From NCBI GenBank assembly GCA_013115145.1, contig JAAPAO010000216.1, positions 1 to 51,707 on the forward strand: a stretch of DNA of 51,707 nt, in the 5' to 3' direction. This document shows, in pieces, positions 1 through 20,893 of the stretch. A program made the translations under genes and the position numbers. A model generated the notes under the pieces. The model searched no databases and was not told where the DNA came from. It was given only the letters and a program-made list of their open reading frames with translations. This stretch comes from Perkinsus chesapeaki ATCC PRA-425 (Eukaryota > Protista > Perkinsozoa). Numbering within the stretch: the stretch's first letter is position 1; each line of letters begins with the position of its first letter.

Positions 1-1065
1 CAACTTCATAGCAAACTCGCGGCCAAGTCCTTTAGAGGCTCCGGTTACAACAGCATACTCCTTACGAGTTGCCCTAACTGGCTTGAGGTTGTAAGGATAA
101 CCCATATTGAATATAGGTCCCTGTAGTTTCTGTACAATCCAGCATAGTGTCATACCCACAAGGATGATAGGTGCACACAACAACATAATCACTATGATAC
201 TAATCCATTCTATTAGATTGAATGGATAGGCACCCATAGATAATATCACTGGCAAACTTTGCTTCTCAGCCATAAACAAAATGAAAACAAAACTATTGGA
301 CACAGTATGCTCGGTAAGTACGCACTAGGGATACCAGATACGGTAGTCATGAATGCGATAGGTGAGTACTAGACCCGTGCACTAGCGACTTAGCTCTCAC
401 ACAACCAGCGCTCAGCGCTGTGTCGTGCTTGGATACTCGGCAAAAGCAATCCTCTCTGGCTACCTAGCACCGGCCGTCTCCAAGTTATTCGCGCGTTGGT
501 GTCGGATTTAGTATTCCGCTTCATATGTGCGCAAATCGTTTGGTCAATCAGTTCCACCCGAAAAGGAGTTGATATGCGGCAAGTGATCAATAGTTAACAT
601 AGGATGATAAGATAGCACTCTAGATATACCAAACCATGATTTCGCATGAGAGGCTGATTGTCTCATGATGGGACAATCAAAGTCCAATGAAGAAGGCACA
701 ATAATGTTTATCTCACCAAACCCTCTCTATCGACCTCAAGAAGTTTCACGAAAGCCAGAGGCAGCCTCGGTGAGGCTCCCTTCACTGGCTGGCGGCGAAT
801 AGATCGTCTACACTAGGTCCAGTAAGCTGTAGATGCACAGCATTCATCAGTAGGAGGATAAACAAAGATAACTCAACTGGAGAGCGCTAACCAGAGGGGC
901 CGGAGGATAGTTCCACGGCGGTGGCGTGGCGCCCAGTGCCATAACGCGGATCAACTCAGTGTGAATCCCATCCACATTGTATTTCAGAGCGCGTGACGCC
1001 ATAGCGATGGCAAAAATTGTGACACCAAAGCGCAGCCGACTTCTTGCATAAGTCATCTGCTGTAA

Positions 1066-1138
1066 GCCTCGGTAGCTCAGTCGGTAGAGCGCGTGCCTTT
1101 TAAGCCCGTGGTCGTGGGTTCGAGCCCCGCCCGAGGTG
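1066..1138 (+). tRNA. tRNA-Lys(TTT)
   Basis: Folds as a 73-nt cloverleaf: acceptor GCCTCGG/CCGAGGT, D arm GCTC-AGTCGGTA-GAGC, anticodon loop CT-TTT-AA, T loop TTCGAGC. There is one T-C mismatch in the anticodon stem. Confidence 0.88.
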
Positions 1139-1558
1139 TTTCGTAGATTAGTTTCGTGCTCGTAAGCAGTCCGCATGTTTAACTGGAATGGAGTGGCTTC
1201 ATCAGGGCCAGATATGATCAACTCTGAAGCTCAACGTTGGTTTATTGAGCAGGGGATGTGCGCGGAGACCAATTTTTTGGGGGGGAGTCAGATTATTTCA
1301 GTCAGCAAAAAATAAATCTTCGAGTAAAAGCCAAGACCCGAGCCCCCGCTTAAGAATCGCAATCGAGCCCGATTTTTGGAATCTCACACGCTGTCTCGGA
1401 ACCAACAATGGATTTTCTCCGCAATTATTACTCTGACTAACTAATCTGCGCTCAGGGGTGGGAATCAGTGACACAGTATTTTGGTTCAGTTTAAATAGCC
1501 AACATTATTTTAAATGGCCATATATTATAATTTAGTTTCTAGTTGATCCTTGAACTCG

Positions 1559-1858
1559 ATGTCCAGCACAGAAGATCCTCTAGTGCTATCGATGGGCGGG
1601 TTCCCGTTCACTGTTCCAGAAACCTTACTCATCGCCATTCTCATGGTGTTGGCCGCGCCCTTCATTATTATCGGGATTATCGCCTCGGCAATTGTACACA
1701 TGTTGCAGTATCCTGTAATGATTGGGTATACCATTCAAACTATCACAAATCAATCTTCAGTTACGAAATCTCGGCTACACTCAAAAGCTCGCCCCAGTAC
1801 GGCCCTCTCGCTCTCAGTGAGGCTTCCCTACATAGACTGCAATACGGAGCTTGTTTAG
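1559..1858 (+). CDS. Possible small membrane protein (hypothetical)
   Basis: ATG follows a TTTCTAG acceptor-like site. One long hydrophobic stretch (LLIAILMVLAAPFIIIGIIASAIV). No family recognised. Confidence 0.3.
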   Translation: MSSTEDPLVLSMGGFPFTVPETLLIAILMVLAAPFIIIGIIASAIVHMLQYPVMIGYTIQTITNQSSVTKSRLHSKARPSTALSLSVRLPYIDCNTELV

Positions 1859-2340
1859 GTTCGCAGTAATCACTGGCGCCTCGAAGGGCTTGGGACGTGA
1901 AGTGGCTCTGAAGCTGGCTCGAGACGGTTGGAGCCTGGTCATTGCCGCTAGAGACTTGGAGCTGCTTAACAGCCTAAAGGGCCGAATACAGGCAGAATTC
2001 GGGGAACAGTGCAAGGTGATATAAATACCGGCAGGGAAATCTGCGAGGGAATTAGGCTCATCTCGTTGGTTAGTATGACGCCACGTGTTTTTGCAATGGT
2101 AACAAGAACTGAATAAAGATATTGCAATGTTCTTACATGGCACATGCACTATATATCCAAATGCCCCTAGATGATCTGCAGAGGAACAACCTGTTGATTG
2201 GCGACGATTTATATCGACACAACTGTTCGTACTCCAACCAACTCATAGTGCTTACTTCCAACCACTTTAGACGCTTGACAGAACGTTTACCTCTCCACAT
2301 TAGGTAATCGTTGTTGCTTGTGACCTCTCGACCGACAAAG

Positions 2341-2509
2341 GGCGTTCTGCATTGGAGAATGCCGTTAACGATCTGCCAGTGACATTGGCTGTATTAAACG
2401 CTGGTGGGGCTTACACTCGTGACCTCGTAAACGTTACCGAGCAAAAGATCCACAGCATGCTAGGTGCGATCCCTCCTTCCGCAGAGGTCTACGACTTTGC
2501 TGTTATCAG
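2341..2509 (+). CDS. Isolated coding exon, possibly an N-terminal exon of the downstream helicase
   Basis: AG...GT-bounded open frame RSALENAVNDLPVTLAVLNAGGAYTRDLVNVTEQKIHSMLGAIPPSAEVYDFAVI. I could not chain it to the downstream exons. Confidence 0.3.
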
Positions 2510-5500
2510 GTATTAACGTGGAGCAACAGACTTATCTTTCACAGTAAGAGGGAGGGGTGGCGTCTCATGGCTTCGTGGCCGAGCGGGTTAGTATCTCTAT
2601 GCTTCCAGGATGGATTGAAGGAGTTTCGAAGCAACTTATCTTTTTTCCAGTTACTTTCTAAAACATCATTTCGTTCCTAAAGGCCAAGGTCGCATATGTA
2701 TTACCAGCTCGATAGTGGCTTACTCTTTAGGGAGCGGAAACTCATTGTAGGTCTCATACCGACATCTTCTCGCATATGCTTTAACTGTAGGTATTTCAGT
2801 GCTAAATCTTATCTCAGTCAGTTTGGTCGAAGCCTAACACATGAATGCCGTTCTTTAGGGTGTGGAGTCCTTACTATTCAACCTGGTACTAAGATGTAGA
2901 GGGCGGGGTGCAACTGTACAGATCCTTACCTATAATCAGGAGATAATTATTAGCTCTGATAACACCCTGTTCTCCGTTTTTTGTACCTTTTGTGTTCCCT
3001 GTATATTTTCCCTTTTGCATGGCTTTATATGGCCACCTTTTCATCACTCCCTTGGGAGATTATTTCCGTTCTCGCGGGACCGATATTTCTTGTACAACTT
3101 AGCTTATTGTATACAATTGCTCAGGATTCAATGGCCCATTATATCCTTCTTTTAGGTGGTATGAACGATACTAACTTCAGCACCGCAGGAGACTGTAATG
3201 ACTCTATAATTTTCAAGGTAGTGCCTTCCTATCAAATAAGGAGCATCATCATTATCATACCAGTTCCCCGGCGCCAGTATGAGAGCGACCGAAGTGGCAG
3301 AGGAGATGGTTAGGCGTTTGCAGTCTGATGGTAGTAGTGGGGCGCGGATAGAAAAGATTCATTACGGGTTTGCTCGGGAAAGGTCGTAGTTTATAGCAGA
3401 TGAGATGCGGCTATCATTTGCATGTCCCTCACCGAAGGCCCATCTAGCTTCGCGTATACTTCTTGAGGGTCAGTTGGTAGTGCTGAGATACCACTAGCAT
3501 CTTCGAAGGAGAACGTGTCAGAAACATTCCTTCGCGGAACGTCTGCAGTAGTTCCGGAATGTTATTCGATAAAATGTATTTGATAGAGGTGGGTGCTTAC
3601 CAGTTGTCATCATTTCAGATCCCAACCAAGCCACCGGTTGCCACACGGTTGGCCTGCTAAATAAGCTGCTGGTAGCCGCTGGACCGTACCTCAGTGATAA
3701 TCTGGCGGGTTTTGTTGCGAGGGTAGTAAAGGGAGGTGATACCATACACTTCGGGGAAGCGCCGTATTTATTGAGGGGCCTCCAAATCTCGAAACTTGTG
3801 TTGTCTTTTTTCCGTTTACTTTTTAATGTACGCTGTACTAGAGCGTCGTTGTGGCGCAGTATAGGACGTCCTCTTCGAAAAGATAGTGAAAAGATTTCGT
3901 TGTTAAATGGCTGGGTGAAGGGGTTATTGTAGTGCTAGTAATAATAAGATACCATTCACCAGTATGGCAATTAGCCACGTCTTGCTGGTCGTACAGTTCA
4001 AAATGCGTACATATAAATAAAAATGGTATCTCGTGGGGTTCGAGCTCGGATTGGAGGGATGACAATCTGAGAACTTAACGTATTGAACTATGGGAGAGAG
4101 ATACGCGTGACAATGACGGAGCGGAGGAACTGTATTTCATACAACATTTGAGGGCATTGCATAACTCTTGACGCTTGTGCAGTAGTAAGCGTTCATTGTA
4201 TCGATTGTTTCCGTCGCTATTCAGTCAAGATATAATTATATGGCCGTTGATACTTAAACACCTTCAAACCATATATAGCGGTTTGAATCAGGGAATCACT
4301 GCGGCTTGGTGTGAATAATGTTACGACATTCTCAGTTCGTTCTGTTTGGACCGGAAACTAAATATATCAGAGACTTCACTGCAAGGGAGAGTAAGGTTGT
4401 TAAGCACGAGGATTAGACTGCTATTTGCCACTAACAGTTTTGGGTTGCTTCGCAGCCAGGTTGGAGGTATTTGTGTTTCGAAGTGCTTTAATAGGAGAGG
4501 GACACTCGAAATTTGGCGGCATGTCTACTTGTTGAGAGGGCTATGATGATATGGTGGAACTTACTCTTCGATGAATAATTATCTCCACAAAGTACTAGGT
4601 CGTCGTTTTTTCACTTCCCTTCCTCTGTCATGTTGAAGCTCGAGGAGTTCGATATGAGAAGCTAGAGTTACATTTCGGCCCGATCGTGAATTGGCGTATT
4701 GCGGGTACCTAGAGTCATCGAGCCTACCATAAATGTTCCTAGGGTAGGAGAAAGTAGTAATCCGAGTAGGATTTAACCGGGCCGAAAGGTAACTCCTTCT
4801 GAGCTCGGCATTAATGGCCCTCTTCTGTGATGCACTGTGTGATAATTGTACTTTTTTACTACTGTGATAGATTATTTCAATTCGGGTGGTTTATGGGCAA
4901 ACGTAGGGGGAATTGAGTACTATCGAGAATCATTTCTCCCGTTTTCTTCTACGTCCACTGTAGCTTTTTGGGTTGCCCTATGGCCGATAAGTCATCATCA
5001 TCGTCATCGAGTCATAAACGGAGGAGAGAGGATAAGGATGATGATGGTAAACAGCAACACTCTGGGCAGTCTGATGAGATGCGAGCGGTAGTAGGGGTGC
5101 TCGGGGAGAGGTGGATAGGAGGGGAAGGTGATGAGTATTTCAACAGTTGGCATCAGCTACTGTGAACTGTGTAAATTCAGTGTTTAGAACATTTTGCGTT
5201 GAAGCACATGATGAAGGTGAATCTCTTCATTCTTGTTTATCTGAAATCGTACACAATACGCAACATCTGGAATGCGCGAACTGGTCGGGCACAACTATCG
5301 ATAGGGAGCACGAACCTTGAGCTGTTTTCTTGTTTACTGAATTCGCCATCCTCGCTTGCCTATGAATCTAGTTTCCCGCAATTGCAATCCAATTGCCCTC
5401 ACCGTGCTGCAGTTATTCACATTTTCATAGTACAACGCTTCTCCTTTGGCCAGGCAGGCGAGTGCCAGTATAGGAGTAGGGCTGAGCTGCCGTAAACGGC

Positions 5501-5556
5501 CCAGCCCTGGTATATTCATTGTTCACGTTTATATTACATTATTTCATATCCCTCAG

Positions 5557-13149
<7,593 letters not shown>

Positions 13150-13756
13150 CTCTACTGCCTTTAACGTACATAAGTGTCTGATACTATTGGCTTCCTTAAC
13201 CACTATGATTTGTATTTAGTATCTGAGTTAAGTTAAAAGCGCCTGTTGAAGTGGGATGAGCGGCCCCTGCTGAAGTGGGATGAGTGGCGCCTCCTGTTGT
13301 GTCGGAGCATCCCACCACGTAAACTTCCCTCATTGATATTCCTTTCTCTGTCCTCATTCCAAGAATTGCTTGCTTACTTGTAAAGGACATGGAATGGAGA
13401 AGGGTGATCATTTCACAAGTAGTTGCCTGCTAGTCATTGAGTAAAGTTCCTATTGTGGGCGTTAAGGTATTAGACATGGCGCTGGCGCCGCATGGCGAAA
13501 CGTGGCGCGTTCCATGGGCCGTAACATCTCACAGTGAGATCCTCAGTATATGTGCAAGTTGTAAACTCTAGTACTTCTGTGGTATCACTCGCTCTTCCCA
13601 ATATTATGCATGCTACTTTAAACTAGTGGAGCTGCATTAATCACTCCTTGCGGTACACTGATCGTTACGAGGTGCGCGTGGCGCGTGGCGCTGTTCGGCG
13701 ACGGAAAAGGCGTTACGAAGGTATTCGCTCCCGTTCGGCGATTGTAGTTCGACTTT

Positions 13757-16700
13757 ATGACACAAACTCCGAAGGTATCTAACAAGCAGCTTCTGCGTGC
13801 TACACCTGCTCGACTGAGGGTAGACTTTGCCATCGCCTTGCTTTGCATTTTTACGGATTTCCTCGGCGATAATTTGTTGGCTCCTTCTTACGAGCTCTTC
13901 ATTCGAGAGCACGGAGTGCCTGGTGAGCAATCACACAATCAGCCTCCTGTTTAGTATGATATTCATCAGGTATGGGATTCGGTCTCTCAACCTCGATTAT
14001 CACTATGTCGTTTATACTGGGAAGATGCTTCGCTTCGTCCGTGATGGGTCCTATTTCTGATCACACTGGTCGGTGGAATACAATAATGGTTTGCACTTTC
14101 CTCATGTCCGTAGGCTTCTTATTGCAGGTAGGTCGCTTGCCTTCATTTCTCTTATTCTGTTTTATCCTGGCAGGCACTGTCGTGGAACTTTTGGTCTCTT
14201 GTGGGTTTCCGACTATTTACAGGCTTTGTCGGCGGCACAAGAGTTGTTATCATTGTGTGAGTTAGATTAGACAACCGTCTCTACTTCAAATATCGACTAT
14301 TTTCTATTCAGGTACATTACCGACTGGATATCTGAGCGTAACATGCTCACATTCTGGATGTCATTCATTCCAATTGTGTCGAGTGTCTCGTCCTTTGTTG
14401 GCCCTTTTCTCGGAGGGATAGTAGCCGAAGTGAAACTGATCATCCATCCTGTTCTTCAATTCCCTTTCTTCAGGCCGATCCCTCTCAACCGTTGAACCCA
14501 GCATATGCAGGTCTCGCATTAAATGCCTGTAGTTTTTTACTCGTACTTTTCTTCATGAGGAGATCTCCTCACGATGGAGGTTTCCGTTTATTCAAAAAGA
14601 ATGTTGGAAACAAGAAATCGAGCTCGGCGGCAAAACCACTCAATTCGGTCGGTCCTCTAGTGGAATGGTAAACACACATTTTCAATATAATTATACTTGT
14701 ACACTTTCTTCAGGAATGCTGTCTTATTATGGTTCATCGTTTGTGGTATATCTAGCGCTGGCACTCAGGGTTGGTCAGTTCTCATTGTGACCATTCAAAA
14801 AGAGCTCGGCCTATCCAGTCTAGTCATTGGATCTATCAGTGGTTGGTGCGGTATCATGATTATAAGTAAAGTTGCGAATGATAAATCTTTCTTTAAATCT
14901 TAATCTTCTCAGTTGGTCAACTAGTTGTCCTTCCCATTCTCTTCCATCGTCTGAAGCTATCTGAAGGAGCGGTGGTTGTCTTTGGTTTTTCACTTTCTTT
15001 ATTTATAATCATTCTCGGTTTCGTCTCCAATGTGTGGGTTACAATAATCATCGGATCTTTTTTCTCTTTGGGAATTCCACTCGTAATGACAATGGGATTC
15101 TCGGTAAGTGTTTGATTGATAGTGAACCTTGAGGGTACTATATGCTCAGATATTCTCGAGGCTCTGTGACCCGTCGAAGAAGAGCTTAGTGGTGGGCCTT
15201 ATGGCTCTCGATCTGAATGCATTCAAAATCCTTTCTATTTTGCTCAGTGGATTATTATATGACATGAGCAAATGGACGCCCTACTTCTTTGTAAGGAGTG
15301 TCTGTATCACTTCAGTTCCGCCTGCGCCCGTTTCTTTTGAATCACGTGCTTGATAGTCCTGGCGTGCTGCATCATTCCTCTTTCTACTCTTTCAAATTAG
15401 AATAGTCGATGCTCCAAACGCTCACTCCTAAACCCCATGGGCTAAAGGCTGTATAGAATGTACTTGTTAATCTACGAGGCATTTCAAGACTTATCCGACG
15501 GCCGGTTTGAGTCATCACTAGATATATCACGTACACCATCTTTATCTCTGTTTAGTTGTTCTGTCTGGTTACTATCGGCCTTGTGACCGGATTCATCCTC
15601 ATTAGAGTGATGCCATCTGCTCTGAGGAGGAGGAGCAAAGTCAAAGTCCTATTGGCTGCAACTGAAATTAGCAGGTCTCGATGTGATATCAACTTTGAGA
15701 AAAGAGTAAGCACAGTCCAGTTCTGCGATTGGATTTGTAAACTCTTTCATGCCATTTACGGAAATTTTTCGATGAAATCGTCGGGCCGACCTATATTCTC
15801 CGATTAGAGTCTTCGGATGTTTCGGCGGGTATCTACCGAACGAGTCTGCGTTCCTCTTTTCATATGGTTGCTTTATAAGGCTTTTTTATCCTCTTAGCGA
15901 TCCCTCCACACACGGCTAGCATTTGCCAACGAGGAGACTCAGGGCAACGTTCTTGCATTGCCGTATGGACGGGCGACCGAGGATGAGCTCGAGTCTGTTA
16001 TGGCATGGCTTAAAGCTTGTGTATTCCTACCGCCGAGAACGGTGTCGCATAGCAAAGGGGTGAGTAGAATATAACTGACCATATCTTCTTATTAGCCGAT
16101 TCAGGACCTAGTTCCGGATTTGTTGAAGTCACTATTGGGGAGGTGGACAACGAGAATGCTAGAGCATCACGGTTATGTTAATTGGTATGAATGTGATGGT
16201 GAAATAGAGATGTTATTGAATGCAGGTGAGTTGAATGACATAACATAGATTCCCAATCTAATTTTATAGGATTTCCTCCACTTCGTTTGGAACCAGAACA
16301 CCAACGACTCATGCGTCTCCAAGATCATTATTACTCCCTGGAGCGTCACTTGGCAGCTTGTCGCGCCTTCTCGTCCAAGAATCCTGCTGTCGATGGTGAG
16401 CCCGTGTTTAATGGCTCGACTGTATCTCGATTTGTCTCAGTTTCTGAGCGGCTAATGAGAGCCGTTTCCAAATTAAGATCTCCTCCTCACCAAAAACCGA
16501 CTCTCGCAATGCGTATCAACTTTGGTCGCTGGTTGGCTCGATTTCTGAATGAAAGAGGATACCAATCGTGGCCCAGCTGGTTCTCTGACGGCCGAGTAAT
16601 CCCGACTCTCCTGCGGAGCACTTTTCCACCTATTAAGTCCAAGAAGGATTCTGCTTTACGGAGTCTAGCAGTTCTCTCCCCTCCACTCAAAGCAAGCTTA

Positions 16701-16757
16701 GATAGCCAATCCACGACTGCAAGCGGTGGCCTTCGATCTAGAAAGCGCGTGCCTTAA
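13757..16757 (+). CDS. MFS transporter copy 1 (DHA1/TetA-like) with C-terminal extension, multi-exon
   Basis: DFLGDNLLAPSY in TM1, motif A-like GPISDHTGRW, FRLFTGFVGG, antiporter-type GPFLGG and multiple hydrophobic exons. The last exon ends at the stop of ORF 16287-16757. Confidence 0.88.
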
Positions 16758-17048
16758 GATACCGCTATCGGCCTCTCACACATCGGCATTTGTTTGTTAC
16801 CACGAGTCTATATTATTCACTTATCACGATGATCGTATGGCCTACTACCACCATTCTTAGTTTAGTCTTCCCATTTTCTCTTTGTCGTAACAGCTTTGCA
16901 TCTCGCCACTCATCCTTGTACTGTTGTGTTGCTACATATTACTGTTATGATACTAGAGCGGTTGAACTACTGGGGATTAGCGTAGGCAATGCTACGGAGA
17001 ATGACGTGTTCTCTGTTGATCGATCAGCATTTCGAAAAGCGAGGGTAG

Positions 17049-17120
17049 AGGTCCTATCGGGATTCGAACCCGAGTCGCTGGATTCAAAGTCCAGAGTGCT
17101 AACCGCTACACTATAGGACC
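17049..17120 (-). tRNA. tRNA-Gln(TTG)
   Basis: Near-identical to the tRNA at 12852-12923; full cloverleaf. Confidence 0.95.
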
Positions 17121-17176
17121 TGGTTAATTGTATTTGCTGTCCTGCTCCTGGAGTCTTAAGACCGGATCCTTACAAC

Positions 17177-17279
17177 GTGTTTACCACAAGGACGTTCCAG
17201 TGCAACGCCATCCTAGTTCCCTACTATCCGACAATCATGATGCCCGAAACTTGGGAGAGCAGGAGAATATGAAGAGCAT
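17177..17279 (+). pseudogene. Decayed relic of the DHX16 last exon
   Basis: 17177-17217 matches 12988-13028 at about 29/41 nt, and 17250-17279 matches 13080-13109 at about 24/30 nt. Same offset from the adjacent tRNA-Gln. The acceptor AG has become AC. Confidence 0.7.
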
Positions 17280-17872
17280 CTGAGCGGGATGGGTCTGGCC
17301 TTTCGTTCTGTCGAAGGGAATCCTGACTGCTTGTCCACGGACTAGGCATACACTGTAAACAAGAGTGCATATCACTGAAAGAAACAGGACAGGGAAACGG
17401 TATAGCAAACGGTTCTAGAAGTGAATTTGTCTCCTTGTTGGGGAGTCCTATTCTTCAAATGCAGACCCCCCTTGAAACCGGCCTCGTTTTTACCACTCTC
17501 CCCAATTCTCTTATGTACCTCCACTTTGTAAAGACCGAGCATCGAGATAATTTCCAAGAAAGATTAGTATCGCTGATATCATTCTCGGATAGATGGGGAG
17601 ACATGGCGCATACTTCACGTCACGGAGCGGAACATGGCGCGATGCATGGACTTGCACATACCATTTTGTTCAGAATATTTTCCTCTCGACCGCAATTGAG
17701 AGTGTTGATCTGCAGTTGATTAGCCACCGCTAGCTGGCCAAGCTCGTCTCGCTATTCCTCGCCGCACATTGTTGAGATCGCTGCGAGTTCCGCGCCCCGC
17801 GTGGCGCACTTTGGTGACGTAAAGGGCGTTACGAAGGTATTCGCTCCCGTTCGGCGATTGTAGTTCAACTTT

Positions 17873-20800
17873 ATGACACAAACTCCGAAGGTATCTAACA
17901 AGCAGCTTCTGCGTGCTACACCTGCTCGGCTGAGGGTAGACTTTGCCATCGCCTTGCTTTGCATTTTTACGGACTTCCTCGGCGATAATTTGTTGGCTCC
18001 TTCTTACGAGCTCTTCATTCGAGAGCACGGAGTGCCTGGTGAGCAACTACTAATCAGCTTTCTGTTTAGTATGATATTTATCAGGTATGGGATTCGGTCT
18101 CTCTACCTCGATTATCACTATGTCGTTTATACTGGGAAGATGCTTCGCTTCGTCCGTGATGGGTCCTATTTCTGATTATACTGGTCGGTGGAATACAATA
18201 ATGGTCTGCACTTTCCTCATATCGATAGGCTTCTTATTGCAGGTAGGTCGCTTGCCTTCATTTCTCTTACTCTGTTTTATCCTGGCAGGCACTGTCGTGG
18301 AACTTTTGGTCTCTTGTGGGTTTCCGACTATTTACAGGCTTTGTCGGCGGCACAAGAGTTGTTATCATTGTGTGAGTTAGATTAGACAACCGTCTCTACT
18401 TCAAATATCGACTTTTTTCTATTCAGGTACATTACCGACTGGATATCTGAGCGTAACATGCTCACATTCTGGATGTCATTCATTCCAATTGTGTCGAGTG
18501 TCTCGTCCTTTGTTGGCCCTTTTCTCGGAGGGATAGTAGCCGAAGTGAAACTGATCATCCATCCTGATCTTCAATTCCATCTCTTCAGGCCGATCCCTCT
18601 CAACCGTTAAACCCAGCATATGCAGGTCTCGCATTAAATGCCTGTAGTTTTTTACTCGTACTTTTCTTCATGAGGAGATCTCCTCACGATGGAGGTTTCC
18701 GTTTATTCAAAAAGAATGTTGGAAACAAGAAATCGAGCTCGGCGGCAAAACCACTCAATTCGGTCGGTCCTCTAGTGGAATGGTAAACACACATTTTCAA
18801 TATAATTATACTTGTACACTTTCTTCAGGAATGCTGTCTTATTATGGTTCATCGTTTGTGGTATATCTAGCGCTGGCACTCAGGGTTGGTCAGTTCTCAT
18901 TGTGACCATTCAAAAAGAGCTCGGCCTATCCAGTCTAGTCATTGGATCTATCAGTGGTTGGTGCGGTATCATGATTATAAGTAAAGTTGCAAATGATAAA
19001 TCTTTCTTTAAATCTTAATCTTCTCAGTTGGTCAACTAGTTGTCCTTCCCGTTCTCTTCCATCGTCTGAAGCTATCTGAAGGAGCGGTGGTTGTCTTTGG
19101 TTTTTCACTTTCTTTATTTATAATCATTCTCGGTTTCGTCTCCAATGTGTGGGTTACAATAATCATCGGATCTCTTTTCTCTTTGGGAATTCCACTCGTA
19201 ATGACAATGGGGTTCTCGGTAAGTGTTTGATTGATAATGAATCTCGATAGCGTTATCCGCCCAGATATTCTCGAGGCTCTGCGACCCGTCGAAGAAGACC
19301 ATCGTTTTGGGCCTTCTGGCTTTGGAAGCAAATTCCTTCAAAGTCATGTCTATTATTCTCAGTGGAGTATTATATGACATGAGCAAGTGGACGCCCTACT
19401 TCCTGGTAGGCAATTCTCCACAGAAGTTTACCTCTTGAAACTTCCTGCTCTCACGTTCATATCCGATGGGGTTACTGAGTCGCGGCACCCCGTGTGTGGA
19501 TCTGTGCTCTGCCTCCTGACCACGTGCTATGTGTTATTGTATGGTATGCAATATGAGAGCTCGATATAATGCCTATCAGATCGGCGCCAACCACATTGAA
19601 ACCGCAACAGGGTTACTATGGCTTATTGTTATATCACGTACACCATCTTTATCTCTGTTTAGTTGTTCTGTCTGGTTACTATCGGCCTTGTGACCGGATT
19701 CATCCTCATTAGAGTGATGCCATCTGCTTTGAGGAGAAGGAGCAAAGTCAAGGTCCTATTGGCTGCAACTGAAATTAGCAGGTCTCGATGTGATATTAAC
19801 TACGAGAAAAGAGTAAGCAACCCCTACGTAGAGTTCCTGGCCTTCTCGGTCCAAAAAAGTGAGGCCCTTAAAGTGGGCTCGTAAGCACATTAAGCCTTTA
19901 TCGGACAAGGATACGCAGATTTTCTCATGGCAGCGTGCATGCCTCCCAATTGAAACGTTTTTTAACGGGAATTGACTTGCATTCTAGTCTCTCCTTCTCG
20001 GTAGTGCGGTCTATCTACTATATTCTGCATCCTCAGCGGTTGCTCCACATCCGTCTAGCGTTTGGAAACGAGGAGACTCAGGGAGATACGCTCGCCCTGC
20101 CATATGGACGAGCGACAGAGGAGGAGCTTGAGTCCATCATAACGTGGTTGAAGGAATGCGTCTTACTGCCGCCGAAGACGGCACCTCCTGGCCGAGGAGT
20201 GAGTGTCTCTATGATTAGTACTCGAACTGCGTAGCTTTAGGACCTTGTTCCGGATTTGTTGAAGTCACTGTTGGGGAGGTGGACAACGAGAATGCTAGAG
20301 CATCACGGTTATGTTAATTGGTATGAATGTGATGGTGAAATAGAGATGTTATTGAATGCAGGTGAGTTGCATGACATAGCATAGATTCCCAATCGAATTT
20401 CATAGGATTTCCTCCACTTCGTCTGGAACCAGAACACCAACGACTCATGCGTCTCCAAGATCATTATTATTCCCTGGAGCGTCATTTAGCAGCTTGTCGC
20501 GCCTTCTCGTCCAAGAATCCAGCTGTCGATGGTGAGCCCGTGTTCAATGGCTTGACTGTATCTCGATTTGTCTCAGTTTCTGAGCGGCTAATGAGAGCCG
20601 TTTCCAAATTAAGATCTCCTCCCCGCCAAACACCGACTCTCGCAATGCGTATCAACTTTGGTCGCTGGTTGGCTCGATTTCTGAATGAAAGAGGATATCA
20701 ATCGTGGCCCAGCTGGTTCTCTGACGGCCGAGTAATCCCGACTCTCCTGCGGAGCACTTTTCCACCCATCAAACGCAAGAAGAGCTCCGCTTTACGGAGC

Positions 20801-20893
20801 CTAGCAATTCTTTGTCCTTCATATACGAAGAGCACGGTAGACCCTAGTATAGGTCCTACGGGCGGCTTACGGTTCAGAAAGCCGGCCGCTTAG
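17873..20893 (+). CDS. MFS transporter copy 2, close duplicate of copy 1
   Basis: Same exon structure at an offset of about 4116 nt. Large tracts, including introns, are nearly identical to copy 1. Confidence 0.88.

Noticed and set aside
847-1221. 124-aa minus-strand ORF
   Set aside because: Its middle is the reverse complement of tRNA-Lys, so it cannot be taken as one continuous CDS.
13242-13289. Two imperfect 24-nt repeats downstream of the DHX16 stop
   Set aside because: Only two copies, no structure and no other occurrence noticed; likely a local slippage.
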